Counted from the stretch's first letter, positions 38,546 through 49,805 are shown. The stretch: DNA of 64,000 bases from Candidatus Cloacimonadales bacterium (GCA_963677495.2 CAXXOU010000002.1:1-64000); one strand, 5' to 3'. Notes: generated by a model not told the origin, from the letters alone. A program made the numbers and translations.

Positions 38546-39811
38546 GTGAAAATTGAAATCAATAACAAGAGTCAAGTATTGCAGGAAGCTGTAATCACAG
38601 TTGATGCTGATCAGGCATTAAAAGATTATAATAAAGCACTTAAGAAAGTATCAAACAAGGTTGTTATCCCTGGTTTCAGAAAGGGTAAAGCACCACTTTC
38701 AAGAGTTGAGAAAGACTATGAACCACAGATAGTGAATGAGTATTACAATACTTATATCGATAAGTATTATCAGCAGGCACTTGAAGAGGGTGATTTCCAT
38801 CCAATGACAGAACCAACTCCTACAAATATCGATTGGGAAAAGGGTAAAGACTTTGTTCTTACACTTACATATGAAATTGAACCTACAATCGAACTTACAA
38901 AGTATGAAGGTCTTGAAGTTCCATTTAAGCCAATGCCTATCGATGCTCAGTTAGACAGCTACTTAGAGCAGCTTAGACAGCGTGGTTCAACTCAGGTTGA
39001 TGTTGATGAACCTGTTATGGAAAGAGATATTATCGATGTAACTGTAACTCAAGGTGAAGTTGCAACTCAAAGAGAACTTCTTGTAGACCCAAGTCTTGGT
39101 GATGACCTTTATAATGGATTACTTGAAAAGAAAATCGGTGATGAGTTTGAAACTAAGATGAAAGCTCGTCTAATCGACAAAGATGCAGAGAACGGGGAAG
39201 AGGAAGTAGAAGTTAAGATCAGTGTTGATGCAGTACGCAGAGTTAAACTTCCAGAAATCGATGATGAGTTTGCTAAAGATTATGAGTATGAAAACCTTGA
39301 AGATATGAAAGCAAAACTTGCTGAAGAACTTAAGGTTGATAACGATAAAACAAACCGTGAAACAGGTCGCTCAAACATTCTTGTGAAGATTTCTGAAGAG
39401 AATGAGTTTGAAGTACCAAAAGTAATGGTTGATAACTATGCATATCATATGGCTAAACCATATATTGATGCTTATAACATGGAAGCTGAGAAGATTCTTC
39501 CTATGTTCCAACCTGAAGCACAGCGTGAAGTTAAACACTACTTCGTACTCAAAACACTTAAAGATATGATCGAAGTAGATTATGATGATGCTTTCAAAGC
39601 TGAAATGATTGAAAGATTTGCTCTTGAAGCTAAAAAGACAATTGATGAATACAAAGAAACTCAGAAGAGCTTCATCGAATCTGATGATTTTGAAGATGTG
39701 CTCAAAACTGAGAAACTCTATCGCTGGTTAGAAGAGAAGAACACTTTCGTTGAACCGGTTGTAGAAGAACCAAAACAAGATGAGGAGCCTGAAACAGCTC
39801 CTGAAGCATAA
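38546..39811 (+). CDS. tig: Trigger factor
   Basis: IPGFRKGKAP and LPEIDDEFAK; tRNA-Leu-tig-clpP-clpX synteny. Confidence 0.93.
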   Translation: MKIEINNKSQVLQEAVITVDADQALKDYNKALKKVSNKVVIPGFRKGKAPLSRVEKDYEPQIVNEYYNTYIDKYYQQALEEGDFHPMTEPTPTNIDWEKGKDFVLTLTYEIEPTIELTKYEGLEVPFKPMPIDAQLDSYLEQLRQRGSTQVDVDEPVMERDIIDVTVTQGEVATQRELLVDPSLGDDLYNGLLEKKIGDEFETKMKARLIDKDAENGEEEVEVKISVDAVRRVKLPEIDDEFAKDYEYENLEDMKAKLAEELKVDNDKTNRETGRSNILVKISEENEFEVPKVMVDNYAYHMAKPYIDAYNMEAEKILPMFQPEAQREVKHYFVLKTLKDMIEVDYDDAFKAEMIERFALEAKKTIDEYKETQKSFIESDDFEDVLKTEKLYRWLEEKNTFVEPVVEEPKQDEEPETAPEA

Positions 39812-39826
39812 AGCTTAGGAGGGTAC

Positions 39827-40411
39827 ATGAGCTTTATACCTTTCGTAATTGAACAGACAGGTAGAGCTGAACGCTCTTATGATATCTTTTCAAGATTACT
39901 TAAAGATAGAATCATCTTTATCGGTGGTCCTATTAATGATGTAGTTGCTAACCTTGTGGTTGCACAGCTTCTTCACCTTGAAGCTGAAGCTCCTGAAAAA
40001 GATATCTATATGTATATTAACAGCCCCGGTGGTGTTATCACTTCCGGTTTGGCTATATATGATACTATGCAGTATATTAAACCTGATGTAAGCACAATCT
40101 GTATTGGTCAAGCTGCAAGTATGGGTGCGGTTCTCTTAGCTGCAGGTGCAGAAGGTAAACGTTTTGCCTTACCTAGTAGCCGAGTTATGATTCACCAACC
40201 ACTTGGTGGAGCACAAGGTCAGGCAACTGATATTGAGATTCAAGCGAATGAAATTCTCTATATGAAAGATAAGCTTACTGATATCCTTCGTAAACACACA
40301 GGTAAAACTGCTAAAAGAATCAAAGCTGATTCCGATAGAAACTTCTTTATGAGTGCTCAAGAAGCACTTGAATATGGAATCATTGATACAGTTATTGATA
40401 AAAGGAAATAA
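39827..40411 (+). CDS. clpP: ATP-dependent Clp protease proteolytic subunit
   Basis: [26 protein letters not shown] and MIHQP. Confidence 0.98.
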   Translation: MSFIPFVIEQTGRAERSYDIFSRLLKDRIIFIGGPINDVVANLVVAQLLHLEAEAPEKDIYMYINSPGGVITSGLAIYDTMQYIKPDVSTICIGQAASMGAVLLAAGAEGKRFALPSSRVMIHQPLGGAQGQATDIEIQANEILYMKDKLTDILRKHTGKTAKRIKADSDRNFFMSAQEALEYGIIDTVIDKRK

Positions 40412-40413
40412 CC

Positions 40414-41634
40414 TTGAGTGATATTTTAGAAGAAAGCTGTTCGATATGTGGTAGACCACAGTCAGAAGTACGCTCCATGATACATGGTGTTACAGGTAAT
40501 ATTTGTAACGAGTGCATTGAACTTTGCCATGATATGGTACACAGTCAGAACAAAACTGAAGAGGTTGATAACGAGTTTAAACTTCCAACTCCATCCGAGC
40601 TTAAGAAGCATCTCGATAGTTATGTTATTGATCAGGATAGAGCTAAAACAGCAATATCTGTGGCCGTATACAATCATTACAAACGTATCTTCAAACAACA
40701 ATATATGGATGAAGATATCGATATTGAGAAAAGTAATATCTTGCTTCTTGGACCAACCGGTTCAGGTAAGACCTTATTAGCTCAAACTCTTGCCCGTTTC
40801 TTGAAAGTACCATTCGCTATTGCAGATGCTACTACTCTGACAGAAGCAGGGTATGTTGGTGATGATGTAGAGAACATTCTTACAAGACTACTTCAAGCTG
40901 CTGACTTCGATGTTGATAAAGCTGAACGTGGAATTATCTACGTTGATGAACTTGATAAGATTGCCAGAAAATCAGAGACACCATCTATTACACGTGATGT
41001 TTCAGGTGAAGGTGTTCAACAAGCACTTCTTAAAATCCTTGAAGGCTCAGTAGTGAATGTACCACCAAAGGGCGGGAGAAAGCATCCTTATCAGGACTTC
41101 ATTCATCTAAATACAAAGAACATCCTCTTTATTTGCGGTGGAGCATTCTTTGGACTTGATAAGCTTATCAAGAGCAGAACTAACAAGAAAACTGTTGGTT
41201 TTGATGCTGTGATAGCAGGTGAAAAGATTGATAAAGATATTCTTAGCAAAGTAAGCTATGAAGATCTGCTTAAGTTTGGTATTATCCCGGAACTTATTGG
41301 TCGTTTACCTGTAGTGACTGCTCTTCATGAGCTCAATGAAGAAGCACTTGTTAAAATTCTTACAGAACCTAAGAACTGTCTAGTGAAGCAATATGAGAAA
41401 CTCTTTAAGATTGATGGTGTGCAACTAACATTCGAAGTTAAAGCACTTAAAGCTATTGCAGAGCAAGCACAGAAGCAACGTACAGGTGCTAGAAGTCTCC
41501 GTTCTATCATGGAGAAGACTATGCAGGATATCATGTTTGATCTTCCTGATAAGAAGAATGTTGTTGAATGTATAATTACTGAGGATGTTGTCAGAAATGG
41601 TGGCACACCGAAGTATAAGACAAAGAAGATTTAG
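40414..41634 (+). CDS. clpX: ATP-dependent Clp protease ATP-binding subunit
   Basis: C4 zinc finger, [25 protein letters not shown] and GGRKHP. Confidence 0.98.
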   Translation: MSDILEESCSICGRPQSEVRSMIHGVTGNICNECIELCHDMVHSQNKTEEVDNEFKLPTPSELKKHLDSYVIDQDRAKTAISVAVYNHYKRIFKQQYMDEDIDIEKSNILLLGPTGSGKTLLAQTLARFLKVPFAIADATTLTEAGYVGDDVENILTRLLQAADFDVDKAERGIIYVDELDKIARKSETPSITRDVSGEGVQQALLKILEGSVVNVPPKGGRKHPYQDFIHLNTKNILFICGGAFFGLDKLIKSRTNKKTVGFDAVIAGEKIDKDILSKVSYEDLLKFGIIPELIGRLPVVTALHELNEEALVKILTEPKNCLVKQYEKLFKIDGVQLTFEVKALKAIAEQAQKQRTGARSLRSIMEKTMQDIMFDLPDKKNVVECIITEDVVRNGGTPKYKTKKI

Positions 41635-41652
41635 ATTTATATATAATATAGA

Positions 41653-41681
41653 AAAGCCTGCTGATTCCAGCAGGCTTTTTT
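41653..41681. terminator. Bidirectional terminator, left copy of a 29-bp direct repeat
   Basis: aaagcctgctgattccagcaggctttttt. Confidence 0.9.
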
Positions 41682-41748
41682 TGTTCTATCTTTTATATTG
41701 ACAAAGAAAATCCTAAAGAAAATCATTAGACAATCTATTGGAGGTACA

Positions 41749-42927
41749 ATGACTCTTGAAGAAATCACAATAAGTAATTATAAAACTTTTAGAAATGTCA
41801 CATTTACTAGTATTAGGAAAATGTGCGTGGTTGTAGGTGCAAATGGATGTGGTAAAACTACTTTCTTCGACGTCTTTGGTTTTTTGAAGGATGCTCTTTT
41901 ATATAATGTAACTATAGCATTAAATAAAAGGGGAGGTTTCAAAGAAGTTGTAAGTAGAGGGTATGAAAATGAAAACATATCTTTTGAGATTAAGTTTAGA
42001 AGTACTGAAAATAGATTAGTAACATACAAGTTGGAAATAGCATTAGCAAATGATGTAGTTACAGTAGCTAGAGAAGTGTTAAGATTTAGACGGGGCTCGA
42101 GAGGTAAACCTTGGCATTTCTTGGACTTTAGTAATGGTACTGGTACTGCTATCACAAATGAAGATGAGTATGATAGAGCAGACACTACAGAAATGAAAAG
42201 AGAACAACACACACTAGATTCTGCAGATATTCTTGCAATTAAAGGAATTGGTCAGTTTTCTAAGTTCAAAATAGTTTCAATGTTTAGAAAGACTATAGAA
42301 CAGTGGCAAGTTTCAGACTTTCACATAACTGAAGCAAGGAAAATCCAAGATGAAGGGATAGCACAGCATTTATCAGAGCAAGGCGAAAATTTACCACAAG
42401 TAACAAAATATATTTATCAGAATTATCCAGATATTTTCGAGAATATTCTTCTTAAGATGTCTGAACGAGTTCCTGGAGTTACAAAAGTAGAAGCAAAATC
42501 AACAGAAGATGGTCGCATAGTCCTTCGATTCCAAGATGGTAACTTTAAGGATCCATTTTATGCAAAGTTTGTGTCTGATGGAACAATTAAAATGTTTGCT
42601 TATCTTATGCTGCTTTATGATCCAATACCACATAACTTACTTTGTGTAGAGGAACCTGAAAACCAGCTATATCCTCAATTAATGCTTGAATTAGCTGAAG
42701 AATTCAAACTATATGCCATGCGGGGTGGGCAAATTTTTGTGTCTACACATTCTCCTGATTTCTTGAATGGTGTGAACCTTGATGAGATATTTTGGCTAGA
42801 GAAAAGAGATGGATTTACGATTGTACATAAAGCATCAGAGTATAGGGAACTTCGTAATCTGGTAGATGTTGGGGATAAACCTGGTACTCTGTGGAAACAG
42901 AGATTGTTTATTGGGGCTAATCTATGA
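41749..42927 (+). CDS. AAA_21/ABC-type ATPase (putative defence)
   Basis: GANGCGKT, SDGT, VEEPEN.LYP and STHS; GGAGG RBS; TTGACA at 41698. Confidence 0.88.
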   Translation: MTLEEITISNYKTFRNVTFTSIRKMCVVVGANGCGKTTFFDVFGFLKDALLYNVTIALNKRGGFKEVVSRGYENENISFEIKFRSTENRLVTYKLEIALANDVVTVAREVLRFRRGSRGKPWHFLDFSNGTGTAITNEDEYDRADTTEMKREQHTLDSADILAIKGIGQFSKFKIVSMFRKTIEQWQVSDFHITEARKIQDEGIAQHLSEQGENLPQVTKYIYQNYPDIFENILLKMSERVPGVTKVEAKSTEDGRIVLRFQDGNFKDPFYAKFVSDGTIKMFAYLMLLYDPIPHNLLCVEEPENQLYPQLMLELAEEFKLYAMRGGQIFVSTHSPDFLNGVNLDEIFWLEKRDGFTIVHKASEYRELRNLVDVGDKPGTLWKQRLFIGANL

Positions 42928-43481
42928 TAGTTTACATTTTTATGGTAGAGGAAGAATCAATAGAACCCTGTATCAAGAAAATGATTCAAGAACTTTCACC
43001 AAATATATCTTATAGAGTAATAATACATGATGGGAAGCAAGATTTAGAAAAATCAATACCAAGGAAATTACGAGCGTTTCAAAACTATGATGATGTTGAG
43101 TATAAATTTGTAATTCTTAGAGATCAAGATTCAAGTAATTGTATCGCATTAAAACAAAGACTTTACAAAATGTGCTGTGATGAAAACAAGAATGACTCAA
43201 TTGTAAGAATTGTTTGCAACAGTTTAGAAGGATGGTTTCTTGGAGATTTGGATGCTATAGCTCTTACATTTAATGTTAGAGTTCCTAGTCAGAAAAAAAA
43301 GAAGTTTCGGAATCCTGATATTATCACTAATCCGATCAAAGAAATTGAGACTATTACTTCTGAACATTACAGTAAAGTCTCAAATGCTCGTAAAATATCA
43401 CAAAATCTGGATTTAGAAAGAAATGTATCAAATAGTTTCAATGTGTTCAAGGAAACCATAGTTTCATTTAATAATGATTGA
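42924..43481 (+). CDS. DUF4276-like (TOPRIM-like) protein
   Basis: FMVEEES, HDGKQDL..SIP, LRDQDS..C..LK, LEGWFLGD and N.S.SF; ATGA overlap with the ATPase. Confidence 0.75.
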   Translation: MIVYIFMVEEESIEPCIKKMIQELSPNISYRVIIHDGKQDLEKSIPRKLRAFQNYDDVEYKFVILRDQDSSNCIALKQRLYKMCCDENKNDSIVRIVCNSLEGWFLGDLDAIALTFNVRVPSQKKKKFRNPDIITNPIKEIETITSEHYSKVSNARKISQNLDLERNVSNSFNVFKETIVSFNND

Positions 43482-43494
43482 TTGGTAATAATGT

Positions 43495-43523
43495 AAAGCC
43501 TGCTGATTCCAGCAGGCTTTTTT
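43495..43523. terminator. Bidirectional terminator, right copy of the 29-bp direct repeat
   Basis: Identical to 41653-41681. Confidence 0.9.
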
Positions 43524-43536
43524 ATTGCAATGCAAT

Positions 43537-44355
43537 TTATCTAATAAACTCTTCCAGCTCGAGGGCTTGATCTGTGCTCTCATCTCTGTACTTAACAATC
43601 ACAGGACAATATATGTGATGTGCTGGATTATTCTTTAGTGGTCTGCTACCCGGCACAACAACTGCTCCTTCAGGTATTACGAGAGAACCATCAATCTTCT
43701 CGAGATAGCAATCATTCACAGAATCATATACAGGAGTAGATGAAGAGATGATTGTACCGGGAGCGAGTACAGCTTCCTTCTTAACAATAACACCTTCATA
43801 AAGTCCGGATTGTCCACCTAAGAAAACGTTATCTTCAATAATAACAGGTTTACTTCCAATTGGTTCTATCACTCCACCAATCTGAACACCTGCTGAAATA
43901 TGGCAATGTTTACCAACTTGGGCACAACTACCAACGAGGGCATGAGAATCAATCAATGTTCCCTCATCTACATATGCGCCAACGTTAACATATGCAGGCG
44001 GCATTATAATCACGCTATGAGCAATATAAGCTCCATCACGTACTGATGAACCACCAGGCACAAGACGCACATGACTATCTAGGTTAAACTGTTTTGGTGG
44101 GTATGTATTCTTATCCCAGAAACTGTGGCCGTTTTGAAGTGGGTACTCGGTGATAGCACCAATCTGGAAACCGAGTAAGATACCTTTCTTTACCCATTCA
44201 TTAACCTTCCAGCAGTTCTCCACATATTCAGCAGAGCGGATAAGACCACTATTAAGTCTGAACTTAAACTCATTAAAAATGTTAAGCTTTTCTTCGTAGT
44301 ATTCCGAATTGTCCGCTTTATCATAAAGGTCGATAATCTTCTTTTGTAAATCCAT
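43537..44355 (-). CDS. dapD: Tetrahydrodipicolinate N-succinyltransferase
   Basis: [33 protein letters not shown] and IGGVIEP. Confidence 0.93.
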   Translation of the reverse strand: MDLQKKIIDLYDKADNSEYYEEKLNIFNEFKFRLNSGLIRSAEYVENCWKVNEWVKKGILLGFQIGAITEYPLQNGHSFWDKNTYPPKQFNLDSHVRLVPGGSSVRDGAYIAHSVIIMPPAYVNVGAYVDEGTLIDSHALVGSCAQVGKHCHISAGVQIGGVIEPIGSKPVIIEDNVFLGGQSGLYEGVIVKKEAVLAPGTIISSSTPVYDSVNDCYLEKIDGSLVIPEGAVVVPGSRPLKNNPAHHIYCPVIVKYRDESTDQALELEEFIR

Positions 44356-44365
44356 TATAGCCTCC

Positions 44366-45529
44366 CTAAAGTTCTTTTATGGCTTTTACCATCTTATCTA
44401 ATGCTAACTCTAATCTATTTTTTGGCAAGGCAAAATTTAGTCTCATGTAACCTTCACCAGATGGGCCGAACTCTGAACCCGGGCTTAAGGCAATGTTTGC
44501 CTCTTTCAGGAAGTAATCATTCAGCTCTTTACTTGTCTTGCCTGTGAATCTCAAATCAACCCAAGCAAGATAGGTTGCTTCTTGCTGTGCAACCTTTAGC
44601 TCAGGATGTATACCCTTAAGTTTTTCAACGACTAAGTTCAAGTTTTCACGTAAATAATCTTTTAACTCTTCCAACCAAGCTTCTCCATGATTATAAGCTG
44701 CTTCAAGAGCAACCATACCAAACGTATTAGCTGAGAACATATGAAGTTTAAACATATAAGCCTTTAGCTGTTTGCTAATTTTCTCATTAGGAATAATCAA
44801 AGCAGATGACATCAAACCTGGGATATTGAAGGTTTTACTTGGAGCAATACCTGTTATAGTGAATTCACTGAAATCTTCTAAAGTAGCAATCGGGATATGT
44901 TTTCTTTCTGAGAGAATCAAATCGTTGTGGATTTCATCACTAAACAAAAGTACGTTATGTTTCTTACAGAGTCTACCGAGTTTGAGAAGTTCCTCTTCTG
45001 TCCACATTCTACCAACCGGGTTATGAGGACTGCAGAATATGAACATCTTAATACCTTCAAGCTCTTTATCAAGTGCATCAAAGTCCATTTCCCAACTTCC
45101 ATTATTGTTGATTAGTTCATTAACAACAAGTTCTCTTTTATGGTCTAACACTGTATGTCTGAATGGACTGTAAACCGGTTCTTGAATCAGCACTTTGTCT
45201 CCTGGTTTAGTGAACTCTAAGAGCACGAAGTTTATCCCGGGAACGATACCGGGACTGTTTGTAATCCAATCTTTCTGAATCTTCCAGCCATGTCGTCTAT
45301 CCACCCAATTGATGATAGATTGGTAGTAACTATCAGGTCTGAAGTTATAGCCGTAAACCGGATGCTTCAGTCTCTCTTCCATGGCTTTAGTAATTTCCGG
45401 CGCAATCGCGAAGTCCATATCAGCTACCCAAAGTGGGATAATGTCATCTTTCTTGTAAAACATGCTAAGAGCATCATATTTATAACAACCTGTGCCATTA
45501 CGGTCATACAGTTTATCAAAATCGTACAT
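44366..45529 (-). CDS. MalY/PatB family PLP-dependent enzyme
   Basis: [35 protein letters not shown] and RLNFA. Confidence 0.9.
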   Translation of the reverse strand: MYDFDKLYDRNGTGCYKYDALSMFYKKDDIIPLWVADMDFAIAPEITKAMEERLKHPVYGYNFRPDSYYQSIINWVDRRHGWKIQKDWITNSPGIVPGINFVLLEFTKPGDKVLIQEPVYSPFRHTVLDHKRELVVNELINNNGSWEMDFDALDKELEGIKMFIFCSPHNPVGRMWTEEELLKLGRLCKKHNVLLFSDEIHNDLILSERKHIPIATLEDFSEFTITGIAPSKTFNIPGLMSSALIIPNEKISKQLKAYMFKLHMFSANTFGMVALEAAYNHGEAWLEELKDYLRENLNLVVEKLKGIHPELKVAQQEATYLAWVDLRFTGKTSKELNDYFLKEANIALSPGSEFGPSGEGYMRLNFALPKNRLELALDKMVKAIKEL

Positions 45530-45726
45530 AAATGGTTTCCTTTATATATTGTTTTCTTTAGCTACGTAAGTGATTCTCAAACGTCAATAAAAATATAAAC
45601 TATTCTCTTACTGCTCCCATTCAACCCTCGGGAATGTGACGCGACTTGCTCGGGATTTTCATGGGAATTTCTCGGGCAAAGCCCCGAGTGATTCTTATAT
45701 TGACTGAAGAATCAAACATCAGTCTG

Positions 45727-45871
45727 TCATTGCTCTGCTACAATCTTTAACACTTCCGAATGAGACTCCTATTGAAACCCTATTCAAATGTTGCGTGTGA
45801 ATAATAAGATTTGGATATGTTTTTGAAAGGGTAGAGATTGGTTTAGATTGATAATTATGGCAGTGCAATGA
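45727..45871. repeat. ~145-bp TIR element, copy D
   Basis: tcattgctctgctacaatc ... aattatggcagtgcaatga; core is the reverse-complement homolog of copy F. Confidence 0.75.
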
Positions 45872-45885
45872 GGATGAGATGAGGT

Positions 45886-45997
45886 GTAAGGGTTCAACAA
45901 CTTGAACCCTTGTTTGATGACAATAATATCCGATAAACCAAGCATAATAAAGTACACATATGGAGACACCTTAGGGCTCAAAATGTTGAGCCCCTAC
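45886..45997. repeat. REPIN-like inverted REP doublet
   Basis: GTAA-gggttcaa...ttgaaccct and, on the minus strand, GTAG-gggctcaa...ttgagccct. Confidence 0.65.
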
Positions 45998-46418
45998 GAT
46001 AGAATGGCAAAGATTCTACCTTGATAATGGTCGCAGACCTTCTCAATGGTGCTCTTGGAAGAAGTGAATCGCAACGAAGTGTGATTCGCTAATTCCTGTA
46101 TTCGAAGCCTGATTCGTTCTCGCACCACACTTCGTTGCGGTGCAAGTCTGAGATAGTTTCTTCGAAGTGCACCATTCGGAAGGATTCGCAAGCTCAACCA
46201 TTACGAAGGTACATCTTTTCGCACTTCCCCAAACTCCCGATGGTCGTACAAGTGATCGCTTCACTTCTCTTCATTCAGCTTCAGTCTTCGCTTAAAGCTA
46301 CGCCCAGATAATTAAATTGTAAACTTCTGTGTATTGATTTAAAGTGCACTAATACAAGAAAAAGCTTTACTATTCTAAACAAAGTATTTTTAATTGCAAA
46401 AAATATTATTGGGGTAAT

Positions 46419-48308
46419 ATGAAAAGAGCGATTGTAGTATTGGGGTTACTGTTGATTGCGATATCATTATACTGTTGGAACAAAACAGGGGAGAAGGAAG
46501 CAATCCTACATCTTTTTGAGAATAGTGAAAATCAAGAGAATTTATTAAACATTTTAGAATTTTCATCAACTGCTGATGAGTATTTTCAAAAGACAGACTT
46601 ATTGATTCCTGAGGTTTTGAAAAAGAAAGAATATAGAAGAGCATTAAGCCTTCATTTAGTCAGTTATGCTCATCATCGTAATAGCAAATCTCCTTCTGTT
46701 GTGGATAGCTTAGCAAAAGAGATAGTAAATCTATATGAAGCTAACAAACTCAATCCTAAAGAGTTCGAGATTCTAACTAAAATGGGTCAAGTCTATAACG
46801 ATCTTGAGATGATAGATAAAGCATACGAATGTTATATTAAAGGAATTCAGAACTTTGTTGTAGGATATGACTCACAAGATTTATTGCAGACTACCCATTC
46901 GAGAACAGGATATTTAGCAAGATTGTTAGGTGATTTAGATAGTGCTGAAAACCATGCAAAGATAGCCATTGATTTAGCAAAAAAAGATAATAATGTTGCT
47001 AAACTAGGCTATGAATACAATAACTTGGGTAATGTTTATCTAGATAGAAAGAATATGGATAAAGCCTTAGAGTACTACCAAAAGTCATTAAGATATAAAA
47101 TTGAAACCGGAGACAAGAGAAGAATTGGTGGTGCATATAACAATATAGCGTTGATTCAATATGAAAGAGGTGACAAAAAGGGTTGTTTAGAGAACTTAAA
47201 ACTTGCTGTTTCATATTATGAGGCTACCGATAATGAGACAGAAGCCTTAATCACGAGTTATCAGAACATATGTCAAGTTTATCACGAAACTGGTGATAAT
47301 AAAAGAGCTATTTACTATGGAAGATTGGCTATTAAGAAGGCTAATGAAAGCAAGCTGCCTATTAGTGAATCATGGTCTGTTTATACACTTGAAGAGGTTT
47401 ATAGAAATATTGGTGATTACAAAGAAGCCTACAAACTTTCCAAAAGACATCGAACAATTAAAGACTCTTTGTTCAAGGCTGAAATGACTAGGAACATAGC
47501 AGAGATGAAGGCAGAATTTAACCTTTTCGAAGCTGAGAAGAAGCAAGAACTGCAGGCTATCCGGATAAAACGGCAACATATAATGATTATTGGAGCTTTC
47601 ACTATTATGATAGGTCTGATTATTATAATTTACCAGAACATTCGCAACTCGAAAAATCAGCAGAGATCAATGCAGGTTATAAAAAAAGAGCAACAAAACT
47701 CAGAAGCCCTATTGGCAAATGTTTTACCTGATTCAATAATCAAAGAGATTAAGACTAAAGGAGAAGCAAGTCCGCGTTTATATGAAAATGTTGCAGTTTT
47801 AAATATAGATATTGTTGGGTTTACTAAACTAGCTGATACTCAAGATCCAGACAAGTTGTTTAGCAAAGTAAACAAAGTTTTTACTGTGTTTGATGATATA
47901 GCACTTAAACATGGCTGTCAAAGGATCAAAACATCCGGTGATGCGTACTTGGCGGTGTCAGGTATGTTTAGTCATGACCCGGATTACATTCAAAATATAT
48001 TCAATGCTGCGGTAGAGATATTGAGTCATATGAATAGTGATTGTAAAGATATGCAATTCAGAGCTGGTATAGCTTGTGGGAGGATAGTTGGGGCAGTCGT
48101 TGGAACCAAAAACTTCATTTATGATATTTTTGGAGCAACAGTCAATACAGCTTTTAGATTGCAACAAGGAGCTGAGCCGGGAACAATATTAATCGATGAG
48201 AAAATTGCATTAGCGATAGACAGAGAGAACCTTGAACTTAAGGATATAGAATTAGTTATAAAGGATAAAAAGTATCAGGCAAAATGGGTGCAGTTAAATA
48301 AAAATTGA
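46419..48308 (+). CDS. TPR-repeat membrane adenylate/guanylate cyclase (class III)
   Basis: Signal, TPRs (YNNLGNVY, AYNNIA), TM, DIVGFT, IKTSGDAY and YDIFGATVNTA.RL. Confidence 0.88.
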   Translation: MKRAIVVLGLLLIAISLYCWNKTGEKEAILHLFENSENQENLLNILEFSSTADEYFQKTDLLIPEVLKKKEYRRALSLHLVSYAHHRNSKSPSVVDSLAKEIVNLYEANKLNPKEFEILTKMGQVYNDLEMIDKAYECYIKGIQNFVVGYDSQDLLQTTHSRTGYLARLLGDLDSAENHAKIAIDLAKKDNNVAKLGYEYNNLGNVYLDRKNMDKALEYYQKSLRYKIETGDKRRIGGAYNNIALIQYERGDKKGCLENLKLAVSYYEATDNETEALITSYQNICQVYHETGDNKRAIYYGRLAIKKANESKLPISESWSVYTLEEVYRNIGDYKEAYKLSKRHRTIKDSLFKAEMTRNIAEMKAEFNLFEAEKKQELQAIRIKRQHIMIIGAFTIMIGLIIIIYQNIRNSKNQQRSMQVIKKEQQNSEALLANVLPDSIIKEIKTKGEASPRLYENVAVLNIDIVGFTKLADTQDPDKLFSKVNKVFTVFDDIALKHGCQRIKTSGDAYLAVSGMFSHDPDYIQNIFNAAVEILSHMNSDCKDMQFRAGIACGRIVGAVVGTKNFIYDIFGATVNTAFRLQQGAEPGTILIDEKIALAIDRENLELKDIELVIKDKKYQAKWVQLNKN

Positions 48309-48427
48309 CAAACATAATCCCCATATGAATGATTGAAGAGAAAAAGCATTATTTTTCTTTGGTATTCTTAAGAACATGCTTAGTATATTCAAGTGAAAAG
48401 AACATGAATATAAATAAAGGAGATAAA

Positions 48428-48802
48428 ATGGAAAGTAAACAAGTTTATTATTGCCCGGTTTGTGGGAATGTAATTGAAGTCTTACATCCTGGAGCTCCTG
48501 CACTAGTTTGTTGTGGGCAGGATATGGAATTGTTAGAAGAGAAAACAGCTGATTTTGTTAACGAAAAGCATGTGCCAATAGTAGAAGAAGTAGATGGAGG
48601 CGTGTTAGTAAAAGTTGGTTCAACAAAGCATCCTATGGTTGATGATCACTACATTGCATTTATCCAAATTGTTACAAAAGACACTGTTATGCGTGTTGAA
48701 TTGAAACCTGGCGATGAGCCTGAAGCATTCTTCCCAGTAAAGAAAGAAGATGTACTCTACGCTCGCGAATGGTGTAATAAGCACGGGCTTTGGAAAGGCT
48801 AA
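48428..48802 (+). CDS. dfx: Desulfoferrodoxin (2Fe superoxide reductase)
   Basis: CPVCGN..LVCCG, EKHVP, HPM..DHYI and CNKHGLW; AAGGAG RBS. Confidence 0.93.
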   Translation: MESKQVYYCPVCGNVIEVLHPGAPALVCCGQDMELLEEKTADFVNEKHVPIVEEVDGGVLVKVGSTKHPMVDDHYIAFIQIVTKDTVMRVELKPGDEPEAFFPVKKEDVLYAREWCNKHGLWKG

Positions 48803-48804
48803 AA

Positions 48805-48987
48805 ATGGCAGATGTTAAAGATAAAGTTTTAGAGATATTCAAGAATGCAGCAGAACCGATGAAAGCCGGAGAAGTTGCAGAAAAGGGTAACTTGGATTCT
48901 AAAGAAGTATCAAAAGAGATTACTAAACTAAAGAAAGAGGGATTACTAGAATCCCCCAAAAGATGTTATTATCAAATAAAAAAATAA
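48805..48987 (+). CDS. 60-aa winged-helix protein
   Basis: KVLE....EPMKAGEVAE...DSKEV.K.I.KLKKEG..ESPKRCYY. Confidence 0.8.
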   Translation: MADVKDKVLEIFKNAAEPMKAGEVAEKGNLDSKEVSKEITKLKKEGLLESPKRCYYQIKK

Positions 48988-49001
48988 TGTGAGGAGATAG
49001 A

Positions 49002-49580
49002 ATGAAAGGCACTAAAACCGCAGAAAATCTTATGAAAGCTTTTGCCGGAGAATCACAGGCAAGAAATCGTTATATGTTTGCAGCAAAAACAGCAAAGAAA
49101 GAGGGATTTGAAGAGATCTCTGCTATCTTTAAAGAAACTGCAGAAAATGAACAGGAACATGCCAAGTTATTCCTTAAACATTTATTAAAGCATGGAATGG
49201 AAGGCGAAGGTGTTGAAATTACAGCGATGTATCCTGCTGCCTGGGCAAAAACCAGTACTTTAAAGAATCTTGAGTATGCAGCAAATGGTGAGAACGAAGA
49301 GTGGACTGAGCTTTATCCTGAATTTGCAAAGATTGCTGAAGAGGAAGGATTCAAAGATGTAGCTGTAGCCTTCAAAATGGTTGCTCTTGTAGAAAAAGAC
49401 CATGAAGAACGTTATCGTCGTCTTCATAAATTTGTCCAAGATAATGAAGTTTTCAAACGTGATGGAAAAGTTTTCTGGAAATGCCGTAACTGTGGTTATA
49501 TTACAGAATCAATGGAAGCACCAACAGTTTGTCCTGTTTGTGATCACCCTCAATCTTATTTTGAAGTAACATATAAATAG
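49002..49580 (+). CDS. rbr: Rubrerythrin
   Basis: [28 protein letters not shown] and C-terminal [15 protein letters not shown]. Confidence 0.95.
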   Translation: MKGTKTAENLMKAFAGESQARNRYMFAAKTAKKEGFEEISAIFKETAENEQEHAKLFLKHLLKHGMEGEGVEITAMYPAAWAKTSTLKNLEYAANGENEEWTELYPEFAKIAEEEGFKDVAVAFKMVALVEKDHEERYRRLHKFVQDNEVFKRDGKVFWKCRNCGYITESMEAPTVCPVCDHPQSYFEVTYK

Positions 49581-49600
49581 TAAATAACATAGGAGGAAAC

Positions 49601-49741
49601 ATGCAAAAATATCAATGTCTCGCTTGTGGATGGATCTATGATCCCGCTGAAAATGACAATGTAACATTTGAAGACTTACCAGAAGATTGGGTTTGCCCAG
49701 ATTGTGGTGTCGGCAAAGATATGTTCGAACCAGTAGACTAA
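49601..49741 (+). CDS. Rubredoxin, 46 aa (missing from the ORF track)
   Basis: [55 protein letters not shown]. Confidence 0.93.
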   Translation: MQKYQCLACGWIYDPAENDNVTFEDLPEDWVCPDCGVGKDMFEPVD

Positions 49742-49752
49742 ATTATAGTAAT

Positions 49753-49783
49753 GGGCTGTACGATAAGTACAGCCCTTTCTTTT
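49753..49783 (+). terminator. Terminator after rubredoxin
   Basis: gggctgtac-gataa-gtacagccc followed by a T-tract. Confidence 0.85.
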
Positions 49784-49805
49784 TAAACTTATTTCAGGAG
49801 GATTA

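Noticed and set aside
41698..41748. TTG start for the ATPase
   Set aside because: The TTGACA is more likely a -35 box; the GGAGG RBS points to the ATG at 41749
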